Shown here: one piece after another, positions 1-10,110 of the stretch
Layout: each line of letters begins with the position of its first letter
Numbering within the stretch: the first letter of the stretch is position 1
NCBI GenBank assembly: GCA_021161905.1
Contig: JAGGZT010000060.1
Location: 776-64,775, forward strand
Reading direction: 5' to 3'
Source of the DNA: Acidobacteriota bacterium
GTDB taxonomy: Bacteria > Acidobacteriota > B3-B38 > Guanabaribacteriales > JAGGZT01
DNA length: 64,000 nt
Program-made: the position numbers and the translations under genes
The notes under the pieces: model-generated
The model's input: only the letters and a program-made list of their open reading frames with translations
Told to the model about the DNA's origin: nothing
Databases searched by the model: none

Positions 1-774
1 GAGGAGGAGTTCATTCTTTTTTCCCTTAAGAGCTATGCTGGGGACTTAGAACGATTAATGGAGCAGACATCGAGGATCCTCTCCCGACTTTCCAGGAATG
101 TGGGGCTTGTTTTCTGTCCTCGCCTTCCCTCCATTGTGCTTAAGCACATTAGGTTCATAAAGTTGGAATATCCTAAGATATTAGTGGTTATTGTTTGTCA
201 CTCTGGTGCGGTGATAAATAAGGTAATAGAGGCTTCCGATGATTTTGAGCAGACGGAATTGGATCGGATCTCAAACTACCTAATGAGCGAATTCAATGGT
301 CTTACCCTTATTGAGATAAGGAGCAGGTTGCTTCGGATGATGCAGGAGGAGAAAGCGATCTATGACCGATTGCTCTCCCGGGCGCTTAGTCTCTCCACCA
401 AGAGTTTTACCGATGATCTTCTCACTGAATCCTTGCATTATGCTGGGACATCTCAGCTTTTAGAGCAGCCGGAGTTCGCCGATATCAATCGGATGAAGTC
501 ATTATTCCGTGCCTTGGAGGAGAAGGGGAAGCTGATCAAGCTCCTTACCAGATGTATCGAGGATGAAGGGGTTCAGGTGATCATTGGCTCGGAGGCTCCT
601 TCGCAGGAGTTTAAGGAATACAGCTTTATTATCTCTCCTTATAAGTCCGGCGATAACATACTTGGCACCTTGGGGGTTTTGGGTCCCCGGAGGATGGAGT
701 ACGATAAGACCATTCCTTTGGTTAGATATGTATCGTATGTTCTTTCGCAGACGATAACCGAGTACTCGTTATGA
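1..774 (+). CDS. hrcA: Heat-inducible transcription repressor HrcA. The 5' end is cut by the window edge; the frame is open from nt 1 and the stop is at 772-774.
   Basis: C-terminal HrcA-like sequence; sits immediately upstream of grpE-dnaJ in the classic hrcA-grpE-dnaJ order. Confidence 0.75.
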   Translation, partial: EEEFILFSLKSYAGDLERLMEQTSRILSRLSRNVGLVFCPRLPSIVLKHIRFIKLEYPKILVVIVCHSGAVINKVIEASDDFEQTELDRISNYLMSEFNGLTLIEIRSRLLRMMQEEKAIYDRLLSRALSLSTKSFTDDLLTESLHYAGTSQLLEQPEFADINRMKSLFRALEEKGKLIKLLTRCIEDEGVQVIIGSEAPSQEFKEYSFIISPYKSGDNILGTLGVLGPRRMEYDKTIPLVRYVSYVLSQTITEYSL

Positions 775-784
775 GGAGAGAAAG

Positions 785-1456
785 ATGAAGGATGAGGAGA
801 GGGAAAAAATAAAGAGGAAGGAGAGCAAGAAAGAAGAGGAAAAGGAGCGGGTTGAAGAAGAGGAATCCGTCATCTTGGAACGGGAGGAGGCTGGTATAGT
901 TGAGGAAGGAAAAAAGGAAGGGAAAAGGGTAGATAAAGATAAAGTTATCGAGGAGCTCTCCCGAGAGAAGGAGCTTTACTTTGAGCGATTGCTTCGGTTA
1001 CAGGCTGAGTTTGAGAACTTCAGGAAACGAGTGGAAGAGGAACGGAAAGAGTTTTACCTGATGGCGCTCACCGATTTGGTAGGAAAGCTTCTTCCCATCC
1101 TCGATGATTTTGAACGGGCGCTCTCAGTGGATGCTACGGATCTCGCCAAGTACCGTGAAGGGGTGGCTCTCATTTATAAGGGGTTTCGCTCCATACTTGA
1201 GGGATTTGGGCTTAAAGAGGTCCCTGCAGTAGGGGAGCGATTTGACCCCAGGGTACATCAGGCGGTAATGCGGGAGGAGGTCGACGATGTCGAGGAGGAA
1301 ACAGTGGTCGAGGAGTTTAGAAAGGGGTATTTTTTGAAGAACCGACTGGTAAGGCCGGCAATGGTCAAAGTGGCGGTAAAGAAGGAAAAGGAAGTCGCTC
1401 CAGCGGATCCGGAAAAGGGTGAAAAGGGTAAGGATGAAGGTGAGACAGCCAATTGA
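785..1456 (+). CDS. grpE: Nucleotide exchange factor GrpE.
   Basis: GrpE-like coiled-coil N-terminus and conserved C-terminal region (LPILDDFERAL...RVHQAV); good RBS; lies between hrcA and dnaJ. Confidence 0.9.
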   Translation: MKDEEREKIKRKESKKEEEKERVEEEESVILEREEAGIVEEGKKEGKRVDKDKVIEELSREKELYFERLLRLQAEFENFRKRVEEERKEFYLMALTDLVGKLLPILDDFERALSVDATDLAKYREGVALIYKGFRSILEGFGLKEVPAVGERFDPRVHQAVMREEVDDVEEETVVEEFRKGYFLKNRLVRPAMVKVAVKKEKEVAPADPEKGEKGKDEGETAN

Positions 1457-1513
1457 GTTAGGGATCTTTCCTTGTTTTATAATAATCGTCCTCAATAGCT
1501 TTTTTATTATCGG

Positions 1514-2608
1514 GTGATGATGTACGGGAAGAAGGACTACTATGAGATCCTGGGTGTTCCCCGTAATGCGACCCAAGAGGAGATAAAGAAGGCATACCGT
1601 CGGCTGGCGATAAAATATCATCCCGATCGGAATCCGGGGGACAAAGAGGCAGAGGAGAAATTCAAAGAGGCAGCAGAAGCCTATTCTGTCCTTGGCGATC
1701 CTAAAAAGAGAGCAGAATACGACCGGTTCGGGACGGTCGGTGGTCCTTCTCCCGGGTTTACCTTTACCGGCTTCGATTCCGATCTATTCAGCGAGTTCGC
1801 CGATATCCTTGGAGATTTCTTTGGCTTCTCCGATTTCTTCGCTGGTCCTCGCTCTCGCACCAAACGGGTAAGCAGGGCTAAACCAGGGGCTGATCTTCGG
1901 TATAAGCTGGAGATATCCTTTGAGGAAGCGGCTTTCGGTACCGAGGTTAAACTTAAGATACCTCGCTTGGGTATCTGTAAAGAATGTGGTGGTTCTGGAA
2001 TAGCGGGAGGAGGGCAACCTACTCCTTGTTCTACCTGTGGAGGACGGGGCAGCATCAATTACCGCCAGGGGTTTCTTCTCATCAGCCGTACCTGCCCTCG
2101 TTGTGGGGGAACGGGGGTTATCGTGGCGAACCCCTGCCCCAAATGTGGAGGAAGTGGCCGAGTAAAGGAGGAGAAGACCCTAAAGGTGAAGATTCCACCC
2201 GGAGTAGAAAGCGGAAGTCGCCTTCGGTTGGAAGGAGAGGGAGAAGCTGGTGTTGCTGGGGGTCCTCCTGGTGATCTTTACATCGATATCTATGTGAAAC
2301 CGCATCCCATCTTTGAGAGGAAAGGGAACGATATCTATTGTGAGGTTCCCATTACCTTTTCTCAAGCTGCCTTAGGGGCGGTGATAACCGTTCCCACCTT
2401 GGAGGGGGAAGGGGAGATAAAGATACCCCCGGGAACCCAAACGGGTAGCCTATTCCGATTGAAGGGCAGGGGGATAAAGGATGTAAATGGAAGGAGGAGG
2501 GGAGATCAATTTATCCGAGTGGTGGTTAAAACCCCTACTAAGCTTACTTCGGAGGAGCGGAAGCTTTTCGAGGAGCTCTCCCGCCTTGAACAATCGAAAA
2601 GGGAGTAA
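1514..2608 (+). CDS. dnaJ: Chaperone DnaJ (Hsp40, type I).
   Basis: J domain with KYHPDRN (HPD) motif, G/F-rich linker, four CxxCxGxG zinc-finger repeats, C-terminal substrate-binding domains. Confidence 0.9.
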   Translation: MMMYGKKDYYEILGVPRNATQEEIKKAYRRLAIKYHPDRNPGDKEAEEKFKEAAEAYSVLGDPKKRAEYDRFGTVGGPSPGFTFTGFDSDLFSEFADILGDFFGFSDFFAGPRSRTKRVSRAKPGADLRYKLEISFEEAAFGTEVKLKIPRLGICKECGGSGIAGGGQPTPCSTCGGRGSINYRQGFLLISRTCPRCGGTGVIVANPCPKCGGSGRVKEEKTLKVKIPPGVESGSRLRLEGEGEAGVAGGPPGDLYIDIYVKPHPIFERKGNDIYCEVPITFSQAALGAVITVPTLEGEGEIKIPPGTQTGSLFRLKGRGIKDVNGRRRGDQFIRVVVKTPTKLTSEERKLFEELSRLEQSKRE

Positions 2609-3339
2609 TGAGCCACCGTCGTCGTTTCTTCGTTCCTGCGGGGAGGATAAAAGGGAAAAAAGCCTTCCTTTCCGAAGATGAGCGCCATCATTTAGCTGAT
2701 GTATTGCGAATAAAGGAAGGGGAGGAAATTTTCCTCTTCACCGAGGATGGCGTTGAGTATCGAGCACGCATTCTCTCTACCAAGCCACATCATGCAGAGG
2801 CGGAGATCGTTGAAGAGATCCCTCCTCGACTGACCGACCCCAAGGTTAAGATCTATTTGATAATCGGGGTACTCAAAGGAAAGGGGTTGGAGTTGGTGGT
2901 AAGAAGGGGGACTGAGCTCGGGATTTCCTCGTTCGTCCCCGTTTTTTCGGCAAGGACGATCGTGAGAGGGTTAACCAATGTCGACCGTTTGCGGAAGATA
3001 GCCATTGAGGCAGCGAAGCAATCGGGGAAACGAACGGTGCCTGATGTCTCCTTGCCCGTTTCATTCTCTGAACTTGATCTCTCTTCCTTTCCCGGGTTAA
3101 AGATCATCCTCGATGAAAAAGCCCCAAAGCGACTTAGAGAGGTTCTTCCAAATAGAGACGAAGTAGAGGAAGTTACAGTGATGGTGGGACCTGAAGGAGG
3201 GTGGAGCAGGGATGAGGTAAGAGAAGCAAGCAATTACGGTTTTATTCCCGTAGGGTTAGGCGAGCGGATATTGAGGAGCGAGACCGCTGCTCTCGCCATC
3301 TCCGCTATAATAGGATACTATTTCGGGGATTTGGGTTAG
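2608..3339 (+). CDS. rsmE: 16S rRNA (uracil1498-N3)-methyltransferase RsmE.
   Basis: RsmE-like N-terminal PUA-like region (RRFFVP...) and C-terminal SPOUT fold region (GPEGGWS...E); start overlaps the dnaJ stop. Confidence 0.8.
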   Translation: MSHRRRFFVPAGRIKGKKAFLSEDERHHLADVLRIKEGEEIFLFTEDGVEYRARILSTKPHHAEAEIVEEIPPRLTDPKVKIYLIIGVLKGKGLELVVRRGTELGISSFVPVFSARTIVRGLTNVDRLRKIAIEAAKQSGKRTVPDVSLPVSFSELDLSSFPGLKIILDEKAPKRLREVLPNRDEVEEVTVMVGPEGGWSRDEVREASNYGFIPVGLGERILRSETAALAISAIIGYYFGDLG

Positions 3340-4058
3340 TTTCTCCCTCTATTTAGTTTTTCCCGGTAATCCGGTGCCTTTATCTCCACGGTGCGACACA
3401 TTTCAAGAAGGCGGGAGCGAATTGAAGCACCTATCCTCATCTCAAGGGTCTCTTCCCCCTCTTCCTCCGGTACATCGAGGTAGTTTGAGGCAGCAAGGGT
3501 GATCAGGTTCTCGTTATAGCGGTGGTTGATGATGTAGGCGATGGTATCGAGAACCCAACTGGTAGGCCTTTGGGAGCCGAGATCGTCGATAACCAAGACC
3601 TCGGTTTTAAGGGCGGGTTCGATAACGGCAAAAGAGGGGATTTCTGAGAGGGGAGAGAAGCTTTTTTGAAGTTCCCGAAGGAGATCCCGATAGTCATAGT
3701 AGAGGCAAGAAGCTCCTTTCTTCCCTACCAAGGCGGATATTATTGACACGAGAAGATGGGTTTTCCCCACCCCGGTTTTCCCCAGAAATAAAAGGCCCTT
3801 CTCGACCAGGGGATAATTCTCCACAAACTCTTGGGATATCCTCTTCGCCCGGTCGAGATAGGGGTTCCCCTTTGTGTCAAAATTATCAAAGTTTGCCTCG
3901 AGGAATCTAAGGGGGACTTGCGCCTCACGAAGGAGATTTTCCCCTTGTCTTTGGTAGAAACAACGGCAACGGACTGCTCGAGTGAATCCGTCCTTCTCCT
4001 CCACTATCCATCCAGTGCCTCCACAAAGGGGGCATTCGGTCTTCGTCTTTTTTCCCAT
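3336..4058 (-). CDS. DnaC/DnaI/IstB-family AAA+ ATPase (helicase-loader-like) with an N-terminal Cys-rich zinc ribbon.
   Basis: Walker A GKTGVGKTHL, Walker B VLVIDDLG, sensor region ...ITLAASN; N-terminal CPLCGGTGW...CRC; follows the sigma-factor gene with a 6-nt gap. Confidence 0.7.
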   Translation of the reverse strand: MGKKTKTECPLCGGTGWIVEEKDGFTRAVRCRCFYQRQGENLLREAQVPLRFLEANFDNFDTKGNPYLDRAKRISQEFVENYPLVEKGLLFLGKTGVGKTHLLVSIISALVGKKGASCLYYDYRDLLRELQKSFSPLSEIPSFAVIEPALKTEVLVIDDLGSQRPTSWVLDTIAYIINHRYNENLITLAASNYLDVPEEEGEETLEMRIGASIRSRLLEMCRTVEIKAPDYREKLNRGRN

Positions 4059-4064
4059 CTTTCT

Positions 4065-4922
4065 TCAGTTAAGATATCCTTCAAGCTTGCGACTTCTCGC
4101 AAGCATCCTCAATTTTTTGAGGGCTTGGTTTTCTATCTGTCTCACCCGTTCCCGGGAAAGGCCCATTATTTCCCCTATCTGTTTTAGGGTCATCGGTTCC
4201 CTTCCGGAAAGTCCGAAGCGAAGGGTTATTACCTTTTGCTCCTTCGGTTTTAATAAGCTGAGCAATTCCTCTATCTGTTGTTTGAACGATTCTTGGATGA
4301 GTTCAGCATCCGCTGGTGGCATCGTATGCTGTTCTAAGGTGTCCAGAAGCTCAAAACCATCGTCATCGGAAAGCTTGGTGCTGAGGGAGATCTCATCCCC
4401 CATTATCTGATAGAGTTTATTTGCCTCTTCCACGCTTATATTGAGCCCTTTTGCCAGCTCCTCGGAGGAGGGGTTACGCTCAAGCTCTTTGGTTAGTTCC
4501 GACATCTTCTGTCCAAAGCGGTAAAGGAGGTTTGCCTGCTTTTGGGGGAGTCTCATCGCGTGCGCTTGATTGGAAATGGCATGGAGGATCGCCTGCCTGA
4601 TCCACCACACCGCGTAGGTGATGAACTTGACATTCTTCTCTGGATCGAACCTTTTTGCCGCCTCGATCAATCCTATATTCCCCTCATTTATTAGATCGAG
4701 GAAGGAAAGACCACACCCCCGATATTTTTTGGCAAAGCTGACCACGAAGCGAAGGTTCCCCTCAATAAGCCTCTTGAGCGCTTTTTTATCCCCCTTCTTT
4801 ATCCTCTTCCCTAACTTTTTTTCCTCCTCAGGGGTGATGGGGGGGATCTTAGATATCTCCTTGAGATATAAGCTCAACGCATCCGGAGCCTTCTCTTCAG
4901 GTACCGGTTTCTTTATCCCCAT
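4065..4922 (-). CDS. RNA polymerase sigma-70 family factor, group-2/RpoS-like, with no region 1.1.
   Basis: Region 2 [11 protein letters not shown]..., region 2.4 [13 protein letters not shown], region 4 [30 protein letters not shown]; 285 aa. Confidence 0.8.
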   Translation of the reverse strand: MGIKKPVPEEKAPDALSLYLKEISKIPPITPEEEKKLGKRIKKGDKKALKRLIEGNLRFVVSFAKKYRGCGLSFLDLINEGNIGLIEAAKRFDPEKNVKFITYAVWWIRQAILHAISNQAHAMRLPQKQANLLYRFGQKMSELTKELERNPSSEELAKGLNISVEEANKLYQIMGDEISLSTKLSDDDGFELLDTLEQHTMPPADAELIQESFKQQIEELLSLLKPKEQKVITLRFGLSGREPMTLKQIGEIMGLSRERVRQIENQALKKLRMLARSRKLEGYLN

Positions 4923-5313
4923 TCTCTCTCATCTCCTTAAACCTAGCGATGGTAGCCCGAGGGACCTTTACCAAAGCGTTCTTATAGAGATCCTCGACCG
5001 ACCGCAGTTCAACCTTTAATGTCTCACAGACAAACTTTACCAATTCATCGTACTCCCGTTGGAGTTTCTCCAACTTCTCTCTCATATTCAGGATAACCTC
5101 TACCCCAGCCAAGTTCACCCCGAGCTCCCGGGTGAGATTGAGGATCAGCTCCAGCTTTTTAAGGTCTTCGTCGGAGTAAAGTCGGGTATTCCCCTCGGTC
5201 CGCGACGGCTTTAGTAACCCTTCCCGTTCGTATAAACGAAGGGTTTGAGGATGGATGTTGTATAGTTTGGCTACCGCGCTTATCATATAGTAGGGTTTTT
5301 TCCCTTCCTTCAT
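4897..5313 (-). CDS. hspR: MerR-family heat-shock regulator, HspR-like.
   Basis: N-terminal MerR HTH ([27 protein letters not shown]); sits directly downstream of dnaJ2 in a dnaK operon. Confidence 0.7.
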   Translation of the reverse strand: MKEGKKPYYMISAVAKLYNIHPQTLRLYEREGLLKPSRTEGNTRLYSDEDLKKLELILNLTRELGVNLAGVEVILNMREKLEKLQREYDELVKFVCETLKVELRSVEDLYKNALVKVPRATIARFKEMRENGDKETGT

Positions 5314-5314
5314 C

Positions 5315-6433
5315 TTATATCACCAACCCCTCTCTTGGGTTCTCTGGGTTTAATCGGGCAAACTCCCGGAGAAGCTCTTTTGAGCGCTCGTCGACTATCT
5401 TGGGTGGTACTATCTCTACCTCCACGAACTCATCACCCCTTCCCTTTCCCTGGAGCGAAGGTACCCCTTTACCCCGGAGGCGGAATTTCTGTCCGCTTTT
5501 GGTCCCTGGGGGAATACGGATGGTTGCCTTCCCCTCTATCGTGGGTACCTCTATCTTCCCTCCGAGGACCGCCTCGGTAATGGTGAGAGGTATTTTAACA
5601 TAGATATTGTCCCCTTTCCGGGTGAAGATGGGATGAGGGCTGACATTGATGAGGATGTAGAGATCGCCCGGGGGACCACCGTTTCTTCCCGGGCCTCCCT
5701 TCCCCGGAACCCGTACTCGAGATCCAGTATCCACCCCTGGGGGGATGCGAACCTTTATCCTCTCCCTTTTCTGCTCTATTCCTCCTCCACCACAGCGAGG
5801 GCATTTTGCCCCGATTATCCTTCCTGTTCCTCTACAGCGGTCGCAGGTGGTGGCGATATGGATTGGCCCCCGGGTGAATGTCTTTTTCCCGCTTCCTCCA
5901 CATTCAGGGCAGACCGAATCCCCTCCACCTACATAGCCCTTCCCACCACAAATCGAGCAAGGAACGGGTCTTAGGTAGGTGATGGTAGTGGTAAGCCCCC
6001 GAACCGCATCCATAAAGCTGATGTTCATCGTGTACTGGATGTCCTCCCCCCTTTGGGGGATGTTCTTCTCCTTTCTCTCCCGACCCCGAAAGAACTGAGA
6101 GAAGAGATCACCAAAACCACGGGACTTGAAGAGATCGAAATCGAAGAAGTCGAACCCCCCGAACCCAGAAAAACCACTGGAGGAGGCATCAAACCCTACC
6201 CCTACTCGCCCAAACTGATCGTATTGCTTCCGCTTTTCTGGATCACTCAACACATTGTATGCCTCGGATATCTTCTTAAACCGCTCCTCAGCCTTCCTGT
6301 CGCCGGGGTTCAAGTCGGGATGGTACTTCCGGGCGAGCTTGCGATAGGCTTTCTTTATCTCCTCGAATGAGGCGTTACGGGGGACCCCTAATATCTGATA
6401 ATAATCCTCATTCTCTCCCATCTTTACCATCAC
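5315..6433 (-). CDS. Second DnaJ-family co-chaperone (DnaJ paralogue).
   Basis: J domain KYHPDLN, G/F region, four Cys zinc-finger repeats (CxxCxGxG), C-terminal domains. Confidence 0.85.
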   Translation of the reverse strand: MMVKMGENEDYYQILGVPRNASFEEIKKAYRKLARKYHPDLNPGDRKAEERFKKISEAYNVLSDPEKRKQYDQFGRVGVGFDASSSGFSGFGGFDFFDFDLFKSRGFGDLFSQFFRGRERKEKNIPQRGEDIQYTMNISFMDAVRGLTTTITYLRPVPCSICGGKGYVGGGDSVCPECGGSGKKTFTRGPIHIATTCDRCRGTGRIIGAKCPRCGGGGIEQKRERIKVRIPPGVDTGSRVRVPGKGGPGRNGGPPGDLYILINVSPHPIFTRKGDNIYVKIPLTITEAVLGGKIEVPTIEGKATIRIPPGTKSGQKFRLRGKGVPSLQGKGRGDEFVEVEIVPPKIVDERSKELLREFARLNPENPREGLVI

Positions 6434-6442
6434 CTACCTAAT

Positions 6443-6889
6443 TCATTTCTCTATCTTTATCGCAATCCTCTTCGCCCTTTTCTCCTCCAGTTTGGGGAGG
6501 TGAACCTCAAGAACCCCTTGGGAGAGGGTGGCTGATATCCTCTCCTTATCCACCTTGGCAGGGAGGAGGAACCTTCGCTCGAAGGGACCGTAAAAACGCT
6601 CCATTCGAGACCAGTTGCCCCTTGCTCCACCTTCTTCGAGCCTCCGCTCTCCGGAGATCACCAACTCGTTTCCCTCGATCTCGAGCTTTATATCCTCCTC
6701 TCTAACCCCAGGAAGCTCTGCTGAGAGCACTATCTCCTCCCCGGTCTCATAGATATCGACCGGAGGGCTCCAGCTTGCTACCTCAAGTTGGGGAACGAGT
6801 TCCCGCGAGGAGAACATCCGCTCGAAGAGGGAATTCATTTCGCTCAGTATAGCGTCGAGGTCAGAAAACGGTATCCCTTTCAGGGGCAT
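6443..6889 (-). CDS. Small heat-shock protein (Hsp20/alpha-crystallin family).
   Basis: 148 aa with an alpha-crystallin-domain-like core (VDIYETGEEIVLSAELPGV...RFYGPFERRFLLP); lies between dnaK and dnaJ2. Confidence 0.85.
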   Translation of the reverse strand: MPLKGIPFSDLDAILSEMNSLFERMFSSRELVPQLEVASWSPPVDIYETGEEIVLSAELPGVREEDIKLEIEGNELVISGERRLEEGGARGNWSRMERFYGPFERRFLLPAKVDKERISATLSQGVLEVHLPKLEEKRAKRIAIKIEK

Positions 6890-6900
6890 TTTATTCTCCC

Positions 6901-8817
6901 TTAGTTCGCCTTTTTGTCATCATCCTCCACATACTCCGCATCTATTACCTCTTCTTCTTTCTTTTTTTCCCCCTTCTCCTCAGTCGATCCTCCACCACTG
7001 GTGGCACTTTGGGCAGAACCCGCTTTCTGGTACATATACTCAGCGAGCTTGTGGGAGGCTTTAGTGAGATTCGCAAGCGCCTGCTCAATCCTCTCTTTAC
7101 CGCCTTCTTCCATAGCTTTCTTCGTCTCCTCGATGGCTCGTTCGATCTCCTTTGCCTCTGCTTCGCTTATCTTATCCCGGTTCTCCCGGAGCACCTTCTC
7201 CGTGATGTAGACCATCTGATCCGCCCTGTTTCTCGCTTCGATCTCCTCCTTTTTCCTTCTATCCTCCTCAGCATGCTCTTCCGCCTCTTTTACCATCCGC
7301 TGAATCTCCTCTTCGGTTAAACCGCTCGAAGAGGTGATGGTTATCTTCTGCTCCTTTCCAGTAGCGAGGTCCTTAGCCGACACATTGAGGATTCCGTTGG
7401 CATCGATGTCAAAGGTAACCTCTATCTGGGGAACCCCACGGGGAGCAGGAGGGATACCGACTAAATGGAACCTGCCTAAGGTTCTATTATCACGCGCCAT
7501 CTCCCGTTCGCCTTGAAGCACATGAATCTCCACCGAGGTCTGGTTGTCGCTTGCAGTGGTAAATATCTCGCTTTTTCTGGTGGGTATGGTGGTGTTACGC
7601 GGGATCAACTTGGTGAACACCCCTCCCAAGGTTTCTATGCCGAGAGAGAGTGGGGTTACATCGAGGAGTAATACCTCCTTCACCTCACCAGCAAGCACCC
7701 CAGCCTGAATAGCAGCACCTACGGCGACCACCTCATCCGGATTAACCCCCTTGCATGGCTCTTTGCCGAACAGCTCTCGGACGATCTCCTGAACCTTGGG
7801 GATTCTGGTGGAACCACCAACCAGAACTACCTCGTCTATGTCCTTTGGTTCAACGCCGGCATCCTTCATCGCCTGCTTACAGGGGTCGATGGTCCGCTTT
7901 ATTATCTCGTCCATAAGCTGTTCCAGTTTTGCCCTGGTGAGTTTCATCTGGAGGTGCTTGGGACCAGAGGAATCAGCAGTGATGAAGGGGAGATTTATCT
8001 CCGTTTCCATCATCGTGGACAGCTCTATCTTTGCCTTTTCCGCTGCCTCCTTTAGCCGTTGCATCGCCATTTTATCCTTGCTTAGATCGATGCCTTGATC
8101 CTTCTTAAACTCCTCGACGATCCAGTCGATAACCCGCTTGTCTATGTCATCGCCTCCTAAATGGGTATCACCGGCAGTTGCCTTGACCTCTATTACTCCC
8201 TCACCGACCTCGAGGATAGAGATATCAAAGGTGCCGCCACCGAAGTCGTAAACCGCAATCAGCTCATCCTTCTTCTTATCCAAGCCGTAGGCAAGTGAAG
8301 CGGCGGTTGGCTCATTGATTATTCGGAGGACCTCGAGCCCAGCTATCCTACCCGCATCCTTGGTCGCCTGGCGCTGAGAATCATTGAAGTAAGCGGGTAC
8401 AGTGATCACCGCTTTGGTGACCTTCTGTCCCAGATAGTTCTCTGCTGCTTCCTTCAGTTTCTTAAGGATCATCGCCGAGATCTCCGGGGGAGAGTATTGC
8501 TTCCCCATCACCTCTACTCGAGCATCACCATGAGGTCCCTTAACCACCTTGTAAGGCACCATCGTGATCTCCTCGGAGACCTCATCATACCGCCGTCCCA
8601 TAAACCGTTTTATGGAATAAATGGTGTTCTCCGGGTTGGTTACCGCCTGTCTCTTGGCGAGTTGCCCCACCAATCGTTCCCCTTTCTTGGTGAAGCCGAC
8701 CACCGAGGGGGTGATATTGCTTCCCTCCTGATTAGGAATGACTACAGGTTTTCCCCCCTCCATTACGGCAACTACCGAGTTGGTAGTTCCCAAGTCTATC
8801 CCAATCACCTTGCTCAT
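6901..8817 (-). CDS. dnaK: Chaperone DnaK (Hsp70).
   Basis: [16 protein letters not shown] and [10 protein letters not shown] signatures; 638 aa; strong RBS GGAGGTGG. Confidence 0.95.
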   Translation of the reverse strand: MSKVIGIDLGTTNSVVAVMEGGKPVVIPNQEGSNITPSVVGFTKKGERLVGQLAKRQAVTNPENTIYSIKRFMGRRYDEVSEEITMVPYKVVKGPHGDARVEVMGKQYSPPEISAMILKKLKEAAENYLGQKVTKAVITVPAYFNDSQRQATKDAGRIAGLEVLRIINEPTAASLAYGLDKKKDELIAVYDFGGGTFDISILEVGEGVIEVKATAGDTHLGGDDIDKRVIDWIVEEFKKDQGIDLSKDKMAMQRLKEAAEKAKIELSTMMETEINLPFITADSSGPKHLQMKLTRAKLEQLMDEIIKRTIDPCKQAMKDAGVEPKDIDEVVLVGGSTRIPKVQEIVRELFGKEPCKGVNPDEVVAVGAAIQAGVLAGEVKEVLLLDVTPLSLGIETLGGVFTKLIPRNTTIPTRKSEIFTTASDNQTSVEIHVLQGEREMARDNRTLGRFHLVGIPPAPRGVPQIEVTFDIDANGILNVSAKDLATGKEQKITITSSSGLTEEEIQRMVKEAEEHAEEDRRKKEEIEARNRADQMVYITEKVLRENRDKISEAEAKEIERAIEETKKAMEEGGKERIEQALANLTKASHKLAEYMYQKAGSAQSATSGGGSTEEKGEKKKEEEVIDAEYVEDDDKKAN

Positions 8818-8857
8818 TTGCTTCCACCTCCATTTTCTAAAGTATTAGTCCATTTTT

Positions 8858-8886
8858 ATTATAGAATTTGAGTTAATTATTGTCAA
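8858..8886 (-). promoter_or_regulatory. Sigma-70 consensus promoter for the dnaK operon, with an overlapping HAIR-like (HspR operator) inverted repeat at 8868-8886.
   Basis: Read on the minus strand: TTGACA (8886-8881), 17-nt spacer, TATAAT (8863-8858). The + strand shows TTGAGT-taattat-TGTCAA, a 7-nt-spaced inverted repeat resembling CTTGAGT-N7-ACTCAAG. Confidence 0.55.
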
Positions 8887-8913
8887 GTTTTTTGAGGGAA
8901 AATTTTCCGATCT

Positions 8914-10110
8914 CTATGGATGGCTAATGGTAAGCGTAGAAGAGGGCTTCCCCGAACGATCGAAACCGATAAGCAGATAGCCACCACCACGGGGTTTATA
9001 TATATACAATCTCCCCTTTGCGTCCCTTAACTCCCTGGGAGGGAGTAGGCCCTCCCTTACCAGAAGAAAGAGGTTCTTCGGATAGCGAGAATGCTGGAAA
9101 TAGTAAATAGCTAAAGCTTTTTCTATCCGTTTCATTCGGAGATAGGAATCCCCTTCAATGAGGGAAGAAACCGGTTTCTCCTTAATGGTAAAGGGATAGA
9201 ATGGAGCCTCTCGTCTTAGGTAGAGGGAGAAGGAGGCTACCAATAGGACGGTGATGAATATTAAACTGACACCAAGCCGTGAAGGAAGGACCTCCTTTTT
9301 CTCTTTAATGGGCGCCTCTTTTGCCCATTTAAGATAGACCAGTTTTCGTTCCAGCAATTCGTATATCGCCCTTGAGGCTTCGAATTGGGAAAGCTCTAAA
9401 GAGAAGGCGATCTCCTTTATGTTCTTCTTCCCGTCTATCGCCTGATAGACCCGGAATACCTCTGGACTCAGCTTTATCTCTCCCTCTTTATCCCCTTCCT
9501 CCGGTAAAGGTGGTTTCTCCTCGCCGAGAAAGGTTCCTTCTTCAGCTGTCTCAACCACCCTTATGCCGGAGAGGGGGTATTTATCGACGACCAAGGTGGG
9601 CGAGGGTATCTTCTTCTCAATGATGGGGAGTTCGTCCACTATCTGAACCGCTTCCATAAGGATGGCTTGAGCAGAAAGGAGGGGGAGATAATCCGCTTTA
9701 AGCTCTTCCTCCTCAGCAGGATCAAAGTGGAAACTTGCCTCCTTCAATTGGAATAGCTTGTAAAGCCTTTCCTTGACCAGTTTGTCAAGGAGCTTTTTGA
9801 CCTTCTCTGGAGATATGATCCCACTTGAGATGAGGATCCGAGGTAGAGGGTAGAGGGTTTCTTTCTTAATCTCAAGAACTTCCCTCAGTTTCTCTTGAGA
9901 GAGCAGTTGATTTTCCATTAAGTGGGAAATGAGTTCCTCGTCAAGGGGAGAGGTGTCAGAATCGGCAGAGGTTATTGCTCCTTTTAAGAAGGTTACCCTT
10001 ATCTCCTCCTCATTTGTTTTTATGGTCAGCACCCCGCTTTTCTGCTGATAGGAGAGGAGTTGGAATATCTCGGTTAGGCTGAAATCCTTTAGGGTTCCCT
10101 CTAATGCCAT
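8914..10110 (-). CDS. DUF4388 domain protein with a C-terminal TM segment and periplasmic/extracytoplasmic tail.
   Basis: N-terminal GTLKDFSLTEIFQLL... motif typical of DUF4388; hydrophobic segment LIFITVLLVASFSLYL near the C-terminus; start overlaps the upstream gene by 10 nt. Confidence 0.6.
   Translation of the reverse strand: MALEGTLKDFSLTEIFQLLSYQQKSGVLTIKTNEEEIRVTFLKGAITSADSDTSPLDEELISHLMENQLLSQEKLREVLEIKKETLYPLPRILISSGIISPEKVKKLLDKLVKERLYKLFQLKEASFHFDPAEEEELKADYLPLLSAQAILMEAVQIVDELPIIEKKIPSPTLVVDKYPLSGIRVVETAEEGTFLGEEKPPLPEEGDKEGEIKLSPEVFRVYQAIDGKKNIKEIAFSLELSQFEASRAIYELLERKLVYLKWAKEAPIKEKKEVLPSRLGVSLIFITVLLVASFSLYLRREAPFYPFTIKEKPVSSLIEGDSYLRMKRIEKALAIYYFQHSRYPKNLFLLVREGLLPPRELRDAKGRLYIYKPRGGGYLLIGFDRSGKPSSTLTISHP

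Noticed and set aside
1124-1621. 165-aa minus-strand ORF overlapping grpE and the dnaJ start
   Set aside because: It lies entirely antisense to two well-supported chaperone genes and has low-complexity, hydrophobic and odd composition. It is a typical shadow ORF.
6914-8098. Several 60-100-aa plus-strand ORFs inside dnaK
   Set aside because: They are antisense to a highly conserved gene, rich in Ser/Phe/Leu, and have no RBS. They are reverse-complement artefacts.
8818-8913. CIRCE (HrcA operator) upstream of dnaK
   Set aside because: I could not find a TTAGCACTC-N9-GAGTGCTAA-like repeat here or elsewhere in the window. The inverted repeat present fits HAIR (HspR) instead. A CIRCE would be expected upstream of hrcA, outside the window.
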